From positions 99,452 to 163,451 of the forward strand of contig QCCZ01000001.1 of assembly GCA_003281085.1 (NCBI GenBank): a DNA stretch of 64,000 nucleotides, written 5' to 3'. A program made the position numbers and the translations under genes. Positions 41,275 to 50,477 of this stretch are shown piece by piece. The number at the start of each line of letters is the position of its first letter. The stretch's first letter is position 1. The notes under the pieces were generated by a model. That model was not told the origin of the DNA. It did no database searches and worked only from the letters and a program-made list of their open reading frames with translations. This DNA comes from OCS155 cluster bacterium AG-349-E07 (GTDB lineage Bacteria; Actinomycetota; Acidimicrobiia; Actinomarinales; Actinomarinaceae).

Positions 41275-42234
41275 ATGATTAGCAAAGAAGCACAAAAAAG
41301 TATTAAAAGGTTTAAAAGAGCATCATCATTTATCGGGCTACTTTACAAATCTCCAAAAGAAATGACCTCAGGAAGAATGAAGATTGGTAGATGGTTTAAT
41401 AACTTACAAGGAACTGTATTTCCTAAAGTAAAAGGGACAAAAAAAGAAGTAATTTACCTAGACAATATAAGATCGTTTAAAATTTCTACCCCTAATTCAG
41501 ATCCAGAGAGGATTCTTCTTTACTTTCATGGTGGTGGTTATTCACTAGGAAGTCCTGAGTCTCACTATGCTTTAGCTAGTTATTTAGCTGATATTACCAA
41601 AACTGTTGTTTATGTTCCAGACTATAGACTTGGTCCAGAACATAAATTTCCAGCACAACTAGAAGACGGTATAAAAAGTTATAAATTTTTGATAGATGAA
41701 TTAGGTTACTCTCCTGAACAAGTAGCAATTTCAGGAGATTCCGCTGGAGGTCATCTCGCTTTAATTACACTGTTAAAACTAAAAGAAGACGACATCCAAC
41801 TTCCATCTGCATTAGCACTATTATCACCTTGGACTGACCCAAGTGCTTCTGGTGATACCTACACATATGAAATGGCAGATAGAGACATAATGCTTGGGCC
41901 TTTATTTAAAAAAATTTGGGAAAACGGTGATCAACTTTATGAATATTACCTAAATCAAGAAGATTATGATGAAAAAGATAAGTATGTTATCCCACTTAAG
42001 GGAAATTATGAGAACTGCCCTCCAATAATGATTCAGGTGGGGACTGAAGAGCTTTTGTTATCTGACTCACAGAGATTAAGAGATGTACTAAAAGAAGACA
42101 ATTGTGAGCATGAATACTATGAATGGGAAGATATGTATCATGTGTTTCACGTAGATGTAAGAATGCCTGAAACAATTGAGGCATTTAACCAAATTGGTAA
42201 TTTTTTAAGAAAACATATTGGTATTAAATTATAA
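41275..42234 (+). CDS. Alpha/beta hydrolase (HSL-family esterase)
   Basis: HGGG, GDSAGG, HVF; start uncertain (ORF is open from 41218). Confidence 0.92.
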   Translation: MISKEAQKSIKRFKRASSFIGLLYKSPKEMTSGRMKIGRWFNNLQGTVFPKVKGTKKEVIYLDNIRSFKISTPNSDPERILLYFHGGGYSLGSPESHYALASYLADITKTVVYVPDYRLGPEHKFPAQLEDGIKSYKFLIDELGYSPEQVAISGDSAGGHLALITLLKLKEDDIQLPSALALLSPWTDPSASGDTYTYEMADRDIMLGPLFKKIWENGDQLYEYYLNQEDYDEKDKYVIPLKGNYENCPPIMIQVGTEELLLSDSQRLRDVLKEDNCEHEYYEWEDMYHVFHVDVRMPETIEAFNQIGNFLRKHIGIKL

Positions 42235-42240
42235 AGTTTT

Positions 42241-43230
42241 ATGAAGACTGCTCTTATAACGGGAGGCTCTGGGCATGTTGGGGCAAATTTAGTAAGAGAG
42301 CTAACAAAGCAAGATTTTAAGGTTAGATGTATAGATTTTGACGGAGATCATCGAGCATTTGAAGGACACGCTGTAGAACTTATCAGGGGAAACATTACAG
42401 ACATCGAATCTGTGGACTTAGCATTTAAAGATGTAGATGTAGTATTTCATACAGCTGCTCTAATTAGCTTGGTACGCAAAGATAGGGACATAATTCGTTC
42501 TGTAAATGTTTTGGGAACAAAGAATGTATGTGAATTATCTTTAAGACATGGTGTTAAAAAATTAATACATTTTTCGTCTGTAGATGCATTTATAAGAGAA
42601 CCTTTAGATGAAGCGCTTTTGGAAGATAGACCTCTTGTAACAAATCCTAATTCTGTTCCGTATGATCTATCAAAAGCAGATGCACAGAGAATTGTTTATG
42701 ATTATTGTGAAAAAGGTCTTGATGCTTCAATTATTCATCCTTCAGGGATTTTTGGACCAAATGATTTTAAACCTAGTTTGTTCGGTCAAGAGATTATAAA
42801 TATTGCTAATGGAAAAAGACCTTTTACAGTAAATGTTGGTTATGACTATGTTGATGTTCGTGATCTTTGCCTCACTGCAATAAACTGTGTAGAAAAAGGC
42901 GAGTCAAGACAAAATTATATTGTTGGAGGAAACTATATAGATTTTGTTGGAATCGGTGAAGTAATGTCTAAGAAGTTAAATACACAATTAATAAGAGGCA
43001 CACTTCCGTTTTTCTTTGCTTATCTATCAATTCCTTCGTCCTATTTAAAGGCACTTTTTTTTAACAAACCAAGAAGTGCTACTGTTGATTCAATTCATAC
43101 TGTAAAAGTCCAAAACAAAATTATTCCAAGTACTCTCGCAAAAGAAATACTTGATCATAAACCAAGGCCTGTAGCTGAAACAATAAACGACACTGTGGAT
43201 TTTTTTCAAAAAAGAGGTCTTATAAAATAA
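42241..43230 (+). CDS. NAD-dependent epimerase/dehydratase (dihydroflavonol reductase/3-beta-HSD-like)
   Basis: TGGSGHVG, FHTAA, YDLSK, VDVRD. Confidence 0.9.
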   Translation: MKTALITGGSGHVGANLVRELTKQDFKVRCIDFDGDHRAFEGHAVELIRGNITDIESVDLAFKDVDVVFHTAALISLVRKDRDIIRSVNVLGTKNVCELSLRHGVKKLIHFSSVDAFIREPLDEALLEDRPLVTNPNSVPYDLSKADAQRIVYDYCEKGLDASIIHPSGIFGPNDFKPSLFGQEIINIANGKRPFTVNVGYDYVDVRDLCLTAINCVEKGESRQNYIVGGNYIDFVGIGEVMSKKLNTQLIRGTLPFFFAYLSIPSSYLKALFFNKPRSATVDSIHTVKVQNKIIPSTLAKEILDHKPRPVAETINDTVDFFQKRGLIK

Positions 43231-43247
43231 GGATTGGGATTTACAAT

Positions 43248-44084
43248 ATGTCTGTGAATAATTTAGATGTACTTAATATTGCGGGATATAAATTTGAACC
43301 ATTAGATGACTTTGAAGATTTGGTTCCTCAGTTTCAATCAATTTGTGTCGAACTTGAATTAAAGGGCTCAGTATATTTAAGTCCAAAAGGAGTTAACTTT
43401 TCTCTTGCTGGAAGCAAAGAAGCTATAGAAATCTATCTTCATTTTTTGGAACAAGATGAAAGATTTTTAGATATCCCTTTAAAAAAAACATACAGCGAGA
43501 CTCAGCCTTTTAGAAGAATGAAAGTGCGTCCAAAAAAAGAAATCATCTCATTAGGCAGAGATGATATTAATCCAAGAGAACTAACAGGAGATTATATCAC
43601 TCCACAAGAACTCTATGCAATGTACGAAAACAATGAAGATATCATTGTCTTGGATACTCGCAATGAATATGAGACTCGTGTTGGACTGTTTGAAAATGCT
43701 GTTGACCTCCAACTTGATACATTTAGAGATTTTCCAGATGCAATAGAACAACTACCAGAAGAGTACAAAGATAAACAAATTGTTATGTATTGCACTGGTG
43801 GAATTAGATGTGAGAAAGCATCTGCAGTAATGATGAAAGCAGGGTTTTCTGATGTAAAACAACTAGAGGGTGGAGTACTTGACTACTTCAAAAAGACAGA
43901 TGGAAAATACTGGAATGGTGACTGTTTTGTTTTTGATGAACGTGTTGCGTTAGACACAGACCTCAACGAAACAGAATATATTTACTGTTATATATGTAGA
44001 GAGCCAATTTCAGTAGAAGAGAAAGCTTCTCCAGATTTTAAGATTAACGAGTACTGTCCGTATTGCGTCGATAAAAATGTCTAA
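43248..44084 (+). CDS. trhO: Rhodanese-domain tRNA U34 hydroxylase (TrhO/YceA-like)
   Basis: YKF, LDTRNEYE, YCTGGIRCEK, LEGG, CFVFDERV. Confidence 0.88.
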   Translation: MSVNNLDVLNIAGYKFEPLDDFEDLVPQFQSICVELELKGSVYLSPKGVNFSLAGSKEAIEIYLHFLEQDERFLDIPLKKTYSETQPFRRMKVRPKKEIISLGRDDINPRELTGDYITPQELYAMYENNEDIIVLDTRNEYETRVGLFENAVDLQLDTFRDFPDAIEQLPEEYKDKQIVMYCTGGIRCEKASAVMMKAGFSDVKQLEGGVLDYFKKTDGKYWNGDCFVFDERVALDTDLNETEYIYCYICREPISVEEKASPDFKINEYCPYCVDKNV

Positions 44085-44141
44085 ATTGTCCTTTTTACAA
44101 ATTTGATTGAATTATTAAAAAAATTTCATTAGGTTGTAATT

Positions 44142-45254
44142 ATGAAGGGGAAAACGCTAATTTTTGCCTTAACCTTCATTATTTGTGGAGGTACTAGTAG
44201 TTCGCCAAGTACGACTCAACAAGAAACTACAACTACGACTCAACAAGAAACTACAACTACGACTCAACAAGAAACTACAACTACGACTCAACAAGAAACT
44301 ACAACTACGACTCAACAAGAAACTACAACTACGACTCATACGGTAAATGTTGACCCAGTAAAATTTTGTGAAGAAAATCCTGATCATCCACAATGTCAAG
44401 GTTTTGACGCTGCAAAATTTTGTGAAGAAAATCCTGATCATCCACAATGTCAAGGTTTTGACCAAGCAAATCAAGGTAGTGGCGGAATGGGAAGTAGTGG
44501 ATCACCGGCTAGTGATGACCCTCCTTTTTTATATAATCTCTTAATTACAAATTGGGGACCATACGAACCTTCTACAGGTGTCTCTGGTGATTTTGAGTTT
44601 AAGTCAGAACTACAACTAGTATTCTTTGATGAATTTGGAAGAGTCCACTCAGCAGGAACACCTGGCGCATATGATAATCCAACTTTTGAATACAAAGTTC
44701 CTAGAGATACACTTGTTCATATTCCTATTAATGGAGTAATTGACTTTTTCCAATTCCAACCTACATCAAGCTATATTCAGGACGACTGGGAGTTGATGAT
44801 AAAACCAGCAAGAAACAGTGACTGGGCAGTCGTCATAGACCATGTAGTGAGCCTAAGTTGTGATAGGACGAGTAGAGCGGTTTGCCAGAATCCTCTTACA
44901 GTAAATGGAGAGGAGATTTACAGCGGAATGCAGGTTCAAGCTGGTGATGTTTTAGGGTATGTAGGCAACTATGAAGATGGGGAGGGTGGAAGTGTATTTG
45001 GTCGAACTGAAATTTCAATTGGAAAATATGTAAGAGTAGGAAACCAACAGCAGGATTTTAATAATTTTTGCCCTACTAATTATCTCCATCCAAGTGTCAA
45101 AGATTCAATTCAAAATTCCGTGAATCAAATTATGGCTTCTTATGAGTCTTGGAGTGGAAATAGTAATTTTTATGATGAATCCAATATGGTAGCTCCAGGT
45201 TGTTGGTATTCAGAAATTTATGAGTCAAAGGGAAAAACTACACCTAAAAAATAG
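44142..45254 (+). CDS. Repeat-containing putative lipoprotein with M23-like C-terminal fold
   Basis: Signal + CGG; (TTQQETTT)x5; KFCEENPDHPQCQGFD x2; VQAGDVLGYVGN. Confidence 0.75.
   Translation: MKGKTLIFALTFIICGGTSSSPSTTQQETTTTTQQETTTTTQQETTTTTQQETTTTTQQETTTTTHTVNVDPVKFCEENPDHPQCQGFDAAKFCEENPDHPQCQGFDQANQGSGGMGSSGSPASDDPPFLYNLLITNWGPYEPSTGVSGDFEFKSELQLVFFDEFGRVHSAGTPGAYDNPTFEYKVPRDTLVHIPINGVIDFFQFQPTSSYIQDDWELMIKPARNSDWAVVIDHVVSLSCDRTSRAVCQNPLTVNGEEIYSGMQVQAGDVLGYVGNYEDGEGGSVFGRTEISIGKYVRVGNQQQDFNNFCPTNYLHPSVKDSIQNSVNQIMASYESWSGNSNFYDESNMVAPGCWYSEIYESKGKTTPKK
44211..44338 (+). repeat. Perfect 24-nt tandem repeat, 5.3 copies (ACGACTCAACAAGAAACTACAACT)
   Basis: Directly visible, in frame. 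Confidence 0.97.
44361..44462 (+). repeat. Two identical 48-nt copies at 54-nt period (Cys-containing repeat)
   Basis: AAATTTTGTGAAGAAAATCCTGATCATCCACAATGTCAAGGTTTTGAC at 44361 and 44415. Confidence 0.97.
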
Positions 45255-45266
45255 TTATAAAATTAT

Positions 45267-45452
45267 TTAGTCGTCACCAAAGAACATTTGATTTCCACCA
45301 TATGGAATTTCTTCGTCTTTGGCATAAATTTCTACAAATCTAGTCTTTATCTCTTTAACCTTATCAATGATTCCTTTTTCTTTGAGAAAGTTGTACGGAG
45401 CTCGAAATACTCTGTCCTCGACTTCTAAAAATTTATTTATCTTGTCTTTCAT
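45267..45452 (-). CDS. 61-aa hypothetical protein, paralog of 47320..47496
   Basis: KFLEVEDRVFRAPYNFLKEKGII; start set to the ATG at 45452. Confidence 0.75.
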   Translation of the reverse strand: MKDKINKFLEVEDRVFRAPYNFLKEKGIIDKVKEIKTRFVEIYAKDEEIPYGGNQMFFGDD

Positions 45453-45583
45453 ATTGTTATAAAAGTAATGGAATTTTAAATTTATCGGTAATTTTATATA
45501 GTAAATTTTTGTTAACAAAGGTTTAACAACTAAATATGCAAGGTTTTAAGGGTTTTGATATTCTAAAAAAAAGGAGGTAAATT

Positions 45584-45934
45584 ATGGAATCAATAAGCGT
45601 TGTTGTTAGGAAATTTCCAGAACACAATGAAGAATTTATGCAGGCATGGAAAGATTCTTGGACAGAAGCAGATACGTCAGCTTTTACTGAATCTGGAGCT
45701 GTGAATTACTGGGCATATGATGAGACAGATGATGGAGTTACTTACATTATTGTCAATAAATGGCCATCACAGGAAGCAAGAGAAGGATTTGTTAATTCAG
45801 ATGCTGCAAAAACAATGGAGTCAGAAATAAACTCTCTTTTTGAAGAAAAAACTGGAGTTAGCACAGATGAAGCAGACAAAGATGTCATCTCAGAATCTAT
45901 GTTTCTTGGTCTAGATGTGCAATTTAGTTTGTAA
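45584..45934 (+). CDS. ABM-like (dimeric alpha+beta barrel) protein
   Basis: PEHNEEF..AW, YIIVNKWPSQEA...F; strong AGGAGG SD. Confidence 0.7.
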   Translation: MESISVVVRKFPEHNEEFMQAWKDSWTEADTSAFTESGAVNYWAYDETDDGVTYIIVNKWPSQEAREGFVNSDAAKTMESEINSLFEEKTGVSTDEADKDVISESMFLGLDVQFSL

Positions 45935-45936
45935 AA

Positions 45937-46479
45937 ATGAAAAAAATAATTTCGATTTTTACAGTATTTGTTTTATTTTCATTCTGCTCAAGTGGTCCGG
46001 AGGCAAGTGTTAATATTTTTGAGGCGGCTAAAACGGGTAATGTTGACGAAATAAACTTACACATTGAAGGCGGTAGTAATCTCAATGAGAGAGCTGAGCT
46101 TAACAGTGACACACCTTTAATTTTTGCAACAATTTATGGGCAAAACGAGATAGTTGAACTTTTATCTCAACAGGAAAGTGTTAATCTTGATTCTCAAAAC
46201 ATTCAGGGTTTTACAGCTCTTTGTGTTGCTACTGTATGGGGGCAGATCGAGATTATTGAAACGCTGCTTGCTGCGGGTGCAGATAAAAACATTAAATGTT
46301 TTGGAGATGAAAATAATAATGGTCCAAAAGTTGGTACCGCATTGATGGCAGCTCAAGCGTCTGTCAATCCTAGTATCGAAAAACAATACATCGATACTGC
46401 GGAGCAGTATGGACTTGAGTTTGATTTAGATAAAATTATTGAAGGTAGAGCTAAAGCAGCAGAAGCCCTTCAAAAATAA
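45937..46479 (+). CDS. Ankyrin-repeat protein, putative lipoprotein
   Basis: IFEAAKTGN, TPLIFA..GQ, TALCVA..GQ; signal + Cys. Confidence 0.88.
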   Translation: MKKIISIFTVFVLFSFCSSGPEASVNIFEAAKTGNVDEINLHIEGGSNLNERAELNSDTPLIFATIYGQNEIVELLSQQESVNLDSQNIQGFTALCVATVWGQIEIIETLLAAGADKNIKCFGDENNNGPKVGTALMAAQASVNPSIEKQYIDTAEQYGLEFDLDKIIEGRAKAAEALQK

Positions 46480-46510
46480 CTTATACTGGAACTAATAGAA
46501 AGGATAAAGT

Positions 46511-46795
46511 ATGCCATTATTTCATATAGAGCGAATTGCTCCTGGTTTGGGAAGTACTCCACCAGAGGAGCTTGAAAAAGGAGTTCAAAACTCAGAGTCT
46601 GTTTTGGTAGAGATGCGAAGTGAAGGAAAAAATATCAGACAGGTGCGTAGTTTTGCCAACATGGATGGTATTTTCTGTATTTATGAAGCTGACTCAGAAG
46701 ATCTCATTAGAGAACATGCGGAGAGATCTGGTGGTACAGCAGATAAAATTACCGTAATAACTGGCGAAATTCAGCACGATACATCTGAGCAGTAA
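46511..46795 (+). CDS. DUF4242-like protein
   Basis: MPLFHIER, FCIYEA.SE..IREHA..G..ADKI. Confidence 0.8.
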   Translation: MPLFHIERIAPGLGSTPPEELEKGVQNSESVLVEMRSEGKNIRQVRSFANMDGIFCIYEADSEDLIREHAERSGGTADKITVITGEIQHDTSEQ

Positions 46796-46798
46796 AAT

Positions 46799-47188
46799 AT
46801 GAAGCTATTTATACGCTTTGGTGTAATTAATATTTCAGTATTAGGATTTACTGTTGCAGTTGCATTGCTCGTATTTAATAATCAATTTTTTGACTTTCTT
46901 GGAGTCACAATCTCTGAAAATTATGTATTGAATCAAATTAAAGCGGACATTGGTGGCCTTTGGATTCTATTAGGTGTTGCCCCACTTCTTTGGTTTAGAA
47001 CAAAAGATAATTTCTGGATAAGACTTGTTTTTGTGACTCTAGGGTTTGTAATGGTTGCAAGGGTTATTAGTTTTGTGCAAGAAGGAGTTCATCCAGTTTC
47101 AATTGTTCTGTTTGTTGGTGAGATAAATCTGTTTTTATTTACACGATATATCTTAAAAAAATTCCCTGATGGATCATTTTTTTATTAA
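46799..47188 (+). CDS. Membrane protein (DUF4345-like)
   Basis: 4 TM, IKADIGG, ARVIS...G. Confidence 0.65.
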   Translation: MKLFIRFGVINISVLGFTVAVALLVFNNQFFDFLGVTISENYVLNQIKADIGGLWILLGVAPLLWFRTKDNFWIRLVFVTLGFVMVARVISFVQEGVHPVSIVLFVGEINLFLFTRYILKKFPDGSFFY

Positions 47189-47219
47189 ATAAAATAATTT
47201 TGACTAAAATTAAATAGTT

Positions 47220-47300
47220 ATGAACGCTACAAGAATACTAATAGGTGCATTTATACTTCTAATACCTTTATTTTGTGGTTTTCTCTTACTCTCCCAATAG
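47220..47300 (+). CDS. Possible 26-aa single-TM small protein MNATRILIGAFILLIPLFCGFLLLSQ
   Basis: Hydrophobic sORF in the gap; TAAAAT upstream. Confidence 0.45.
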   Translation: MNATRILIGAFILLIPLFCGFLLLSQ

Positions 47301-47319
47301 ATTTGTAAGAATTAATTAG

Positions 47320-47496
47320 TTAGGGAACGTTGGGGCTCTGGTCAAAAGGCTCGTCGTATCTGCTCTCATAAAAATCTTCAGCTGTTCTGTATATTTTTTT
47401 TGAAGTAACAAGAATCGTGACAATACCTTTTTTAACAAGCCACCTATATGGTGCAGAAAATAGTCTTTTTTCTAGTTCTAAAAGCTTCTTAAACAT
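47320..47496 (-). CDS. Unannotated 58-aa protein, paralog of 45267..45452
   Basis: MFKKLLELEKRLFSAPYRWLVKKGIV...; TAATG overlap with the upstream gene. Confidence 0.8.
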   Translation of the reverse strand: MFKKLLELEKRLFSAPYRWLVKKGIVTILVTSKKIYRTAEDFYESRYDEPFDQSPNVP

Positions 47497-47903
47497 TAGC
47501 TCAAGCTTAGCAGGTACAATGTTCTGCTGTTTACTTCAGAAATTTCTTCTAAGATATTTTCAATATCATCAAATGAGTTTGATTCGTTTAATTCTGCTAC
47601 AAACCCTGATAACTGAGTTACTTGATTTTTGAATTCATTAATTTTATTTTTAGTTTCTTCTTTAGAAAAATAATTTTCTAAAGAATAAGGGCCTTCGCTA
47701 AATTTGAGTCTGGTATTTTGATTTCCCTGCCATGACTCAACTAGCTTATCATTTAAGTCTGTGAGGCTTTCATAATATTCGCCTAATGCCTCATGTTCTG
47801 CATAAGATTGTGTCTGCCAATGAAATACTTGAATGTTGTTCAAGAAACTCATTGTGTAGGACACAAATTCGTCTATTTTTACATTTAATGTTTTTACGTT
47901 CAT
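47496..47903 (-). CDS. Ferritin/Dps-like four-helix protein (DUF5856-like)
   Basis: HWQTQSYAEHEALGEYY...D.LVESWQG, NILEEI...TLYLL. Confidence 0.75.
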   Translation of the reverse strand: MNVKTLNVKIDEFVSYTMSFLNNIQVFHWQTQSYAEHEALGEYYESLTDLNDKLVESWQGNQNTRLKFSEGPYSLENYFSKEETKNKINEFKNQVTQLSGFVAELNESNSFDDIENILEEISEVNSRTLYLLSLS

Positions 47904-47966
47904 ATTTTTATTAAAACAATTTTGTAATTTTATGAGAAATTTAAATTCTATAAATTAACCAGTTGC

Positions 47967-49235
47967 TTATAGATCGTTTATATACGTATCTTGAAAACTT
48001 TGTCTATTGACTAACTCAACTACACCACTACTTGTAACTGCAACTACTCCGGATTTAGGTACTCGGTTATAGTTACTGGCCATAGCAAAGGTATACGCAC
48101 CAGTAGAAGTAGACATTAAAATGTCTCCTGACACGGTATCCCTTGGCAACATTGCATCTTTTACTAATAAATCTCCACTTTCACAGTGTCTACCAGAGAC
48201 TGCATAGACTACGTCCTCTCTAGCTTTTCTACCAGAAATGTTAAAAAGCTTGTGTTCGCTTCCATATAATGCAGGCCTTGGATTGTCTGACATACCACCA
48301 TCCACTAAGATATATGGTTTCTCACCTCGGTCATCTTTAATAGCCCCGGCAGTATATAAAATGACTCCTGGATTGTTTACTAAGGCTCTTCCTGGCTCAA
48401 TCATGACTTTGTAGGATCCACTCCAGTGTTCTAAAATACCTTGATGAATTGCATCAGCATACACTTTTAATTCATGGTCAACTTCATCGCCTGCATAAGG
48501 TGAAAAGAATCCACCACCAGCATCAAAAACAATTTCCCTCTCCACACTTGCAGGATGAGCGTTGAGAAAATCTGCACATTCACTCATTGCTTTTTTATAA
48601 CGGTCTGGTTCTTTAATCTGGCTTCCAATATGAACATGGACTCCAGAAAACAGTAAATGCTTAGATTTATATATCTGTTGAAGTGCCTCTTCAGCAAAAC
48701 CAATAGAGATCCCGAACTGTTGGTCATTTCCTGAGGTCAACACCATTGGATGGGTCTCTGCTCCAACATCTAAATTTATACGCATAATGACTGGTTGTTT
48801 TCTATCTAATTTATTTGCAACCTCTTCTAACATCGGGATCTCAAAACGATTATCAACTGAGATGTGGCCACCATTATGTTGCATAAAGAACTCAATCTCA
48901 TCTTTATTCTTAAAAGTTCCGTTAAACAATGAGTTTTCTAAGGTTCCAGTAACAGCTTGGACAGTTGCCATCTCTCCACCTGAGACAACATCTACTCCCC
49001 AACCTTTGTCATCTAGTTCTTTGACTAAGGCTTTGCAGATAAATGCTTTTGCTGCATATCTAAAATAGGTATCTTCTCCAAAAGCATTCGTAAAATAATC
49101 TATATTATCTAGTAGATGTTCCCAGTCATAGACATAGAGAGGAGTCCCATACTCTTTAGCGACATCAAGCAGTGAAGTCTCTCCGATAAAAGCGACTCCG
49201 TCTTTAAATTCAAGGTTAGATGGTAAATAGTTCAT
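47967..49235 (-). CDS. lysA: Diaminopimelate decarboxylase
   Basis: YGTPLYVYD, YAAKAF, DVVSGGE, HVHIGSQ, EPGR, HCESGD, TGAY..MASNYN. Confidence 0.95.
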   Translation of the reverse strand: MNYLPSNLEFKDGVAFIGETSLLDVAKEYGTPLYVYDWEHLLDNIDYFTNAFGEDTYFRYAAKAFICKALVKELDDKGWGVDVVSGGEMATVQAVTGTLENSLFNGTFKNKDEIEFFMQHNGGHISVDNRFEIPMLEEVANKLDRKQPVIMRINLDVGAETHPMVLTSGNDQQFGISIGFAEEALQQIYKSKHLLFSGVHVHIGSQIKEPDRYKKAMSECADFLNAHPASVEREIVFDAGGGFFSPYAGDEVDHELKVYADAIHQGILEHWSGSYKVMIEPGRALVNNPGVILYTAGAIKDDRGEKPYILVDGGMSDNPRPALYGSEHKLFNISGRKAREDVVYAVSGRHCESGDLLVKDAMLPRDTVSGDILMSTSTGAYTFAMASNYNRVPKSGVVAVTSSGVVELVNRQSFQDTYINDL

Positions 49236-49999
49236 TTCTTTAAGCGACGTTTAATCCACGCAATGTCTTTCTTTTGCGCTTCTAGTCCTCCAGGAGTTTC
49301 TACAACAATATCTGTTTTACAGTTTTTAATGACATATTCAAGTTCAGCTTTTGGAATCTGTCCTTTGCCCAAGTTCTCGTGGCGATCTCTCGAGCTTTCA
49401 AAACCATCTTTTGAGTCATTGAAATGAACAAGGTCTATCTTTTTAACAAGTTTTTTAAATCCTTTTACTGCTTTTTCTGTAGGAATTCCTCCTGCCCATG
49501 TATGGCATGTATCGAGACAGAGCCCAACGTTTAAATGGCCAATTACTTCCCATAGTCTTTCAATGGAGTCCATGTATCTGGCAACTGAGTTTTTTCCACC
49601 AGCTGTATTTTCTACCAGTACTCGCATTCCGGTGTCTTCAACATGTTCTATAGCTTTTTTCCAGTTGTCATAACCAACACCAATGTCTCCACCTTCTCCA
49701 ACAGACCCTCCGTGAACAATGACTCCTTTGGCGCCAAAACTTGCGGCGACTTTACATGTGTCTTTTAATAATTTTCTACTGGGATGACGTACTTTATTGT
49801 TTGGAGTGGCAACATTTATTAAGTATGGTGCGTGGACATATATTGGTCCGTCATAATCTTGTAAAATATCGACGTCTTCTCGAGGTTTTGGGCTTTTCCA
49901 CATTTGAGGACTGGATATAAATATTTGAAAAGTGTCACCTTTTCGCATTTTTATCTCTTCAATTGCGTTTTTTGAGGGTATATGAGCACCAATATTCAT
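49232..49999 (-). CDS. nfo: Endonuclease IV
   Basis: IGAH, HAPYLIN, ENTAG, CLDTCH, HFNDS, DRHENLG, ETP. Confidence 0.95.
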   Translation of the reverse strand: MNIGAHIPSKNAIEEIKMRKGDTFQIFISSPQMWKSPKPREDVDILQDYDGPIYVHAPYLINVATPNNKVRHPSRKLLKDTCKVAASFGAKGVIVHGGSVGEGGDIGVGYDNWKKAIEHVEDTGMRVLVENTAGGKNSVARYMDSIERLWEVIGHLNVGLCLDTCHTWAGGIPTEKAVKGFKKLVKKIDLVHFNDSKDGFESSRDRHENLGKGQIPKAELEYVIKNCKTDIVVETPGGLEAQKKDIAWIKRRLKK

Positions 50000-50176
50000 G
50001 AATTTAAGTATAAATCATCCTAATTTTTGCCCAAATGATAAAAATAAACGATACAACACTAAAATAAGAGTAAGACTTCCTTTCGTACTTTGAGCCACTT
50101 CAAAAGGGCGATAAAACAAAAATTACAGCCACAGGGAGTCTTTTTGCCTTTTTTCAGAAAAAACATTGTATAAAGT

Positions 50177-50257
50177 GAAAATCCCGATTGATCTTGCGAC
50201 CCTCCGGGATTTTCGAACTATCTTCTATTAGGTCTTGCGACTTCATTTCTGATAGTT
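50177..50257 (-). ncRNA. Putative novel structured sRNA, copy A
   Basis: Two GNRA-capped hairpins with internal loops, U-rich 3' end, own promoter; paralog of copy B with compensatory changes. Confidence 0.75.
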
Positions 50258-50262
50258 ATATA

Positions 50263-50291
50263 AAAATAGTGTAGATTTGCTATTTTGGCAA
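50263..50291 (-). promoter_or_regulatory. Sigma70-type promoter for sRNA copy A
   Basis: TTGCCA-17nt-TATTTT, placing +1 at the 5' end of the first hairpin. Confidence 0.6.
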
Positions 50292-50357
50292 GAAATTTGA
50301 GTTTGTTTTTTTCGCGAACTTTTATACATAAATTCTATAAATATTTCAATGTGGAAA

Positions 50358-50443
50358 GCAAAAATCCCGATTGATCTTCCGACCCTTCGGGATTTTCTGT
50401 TCTATCTTCTTTTCTATCTTTCGATTTCTTTTCCGATAGTGTT
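50358..50443 (-). ncRNA. Putative novel structured sRNA, copy B
   Basis: Same two-hairpin architecture with GAAA/GGAA tetraloops and a U-tract. Confidence 0.75.
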
Positions 50444-50448
50444 CTATA

Positions 50449-50477
50449 AATATACGTTATTTTTTATTCTTATGCAA
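50449..50477 (-). promoter_or_regulatory. Sigma70-type promoter for sRNA copy B
   Basis: TTGCAT-17nt-TATATT. Confidence 0.65.

Noticed and set aside
44211..44338. 24-nt repeats as CRISPR
   Set aside because: Contiguous with no spacers and in frame within a CDS
50059..50166. 35-aa minus-strand ORF MFFLKKGKKTPCGCNFC... downstream of sRNA copy A
   Set aside because: No SD or leaderless signature, starts just after a terminator-like hairpin, no recognisable family; cannot be supported
50177..50443. Repeats as a CRISPR array or IS ends
   Set aside because: Only two diverged ~80-nt copies, each with a promoter; no spacer pattern, cas or transposase gene
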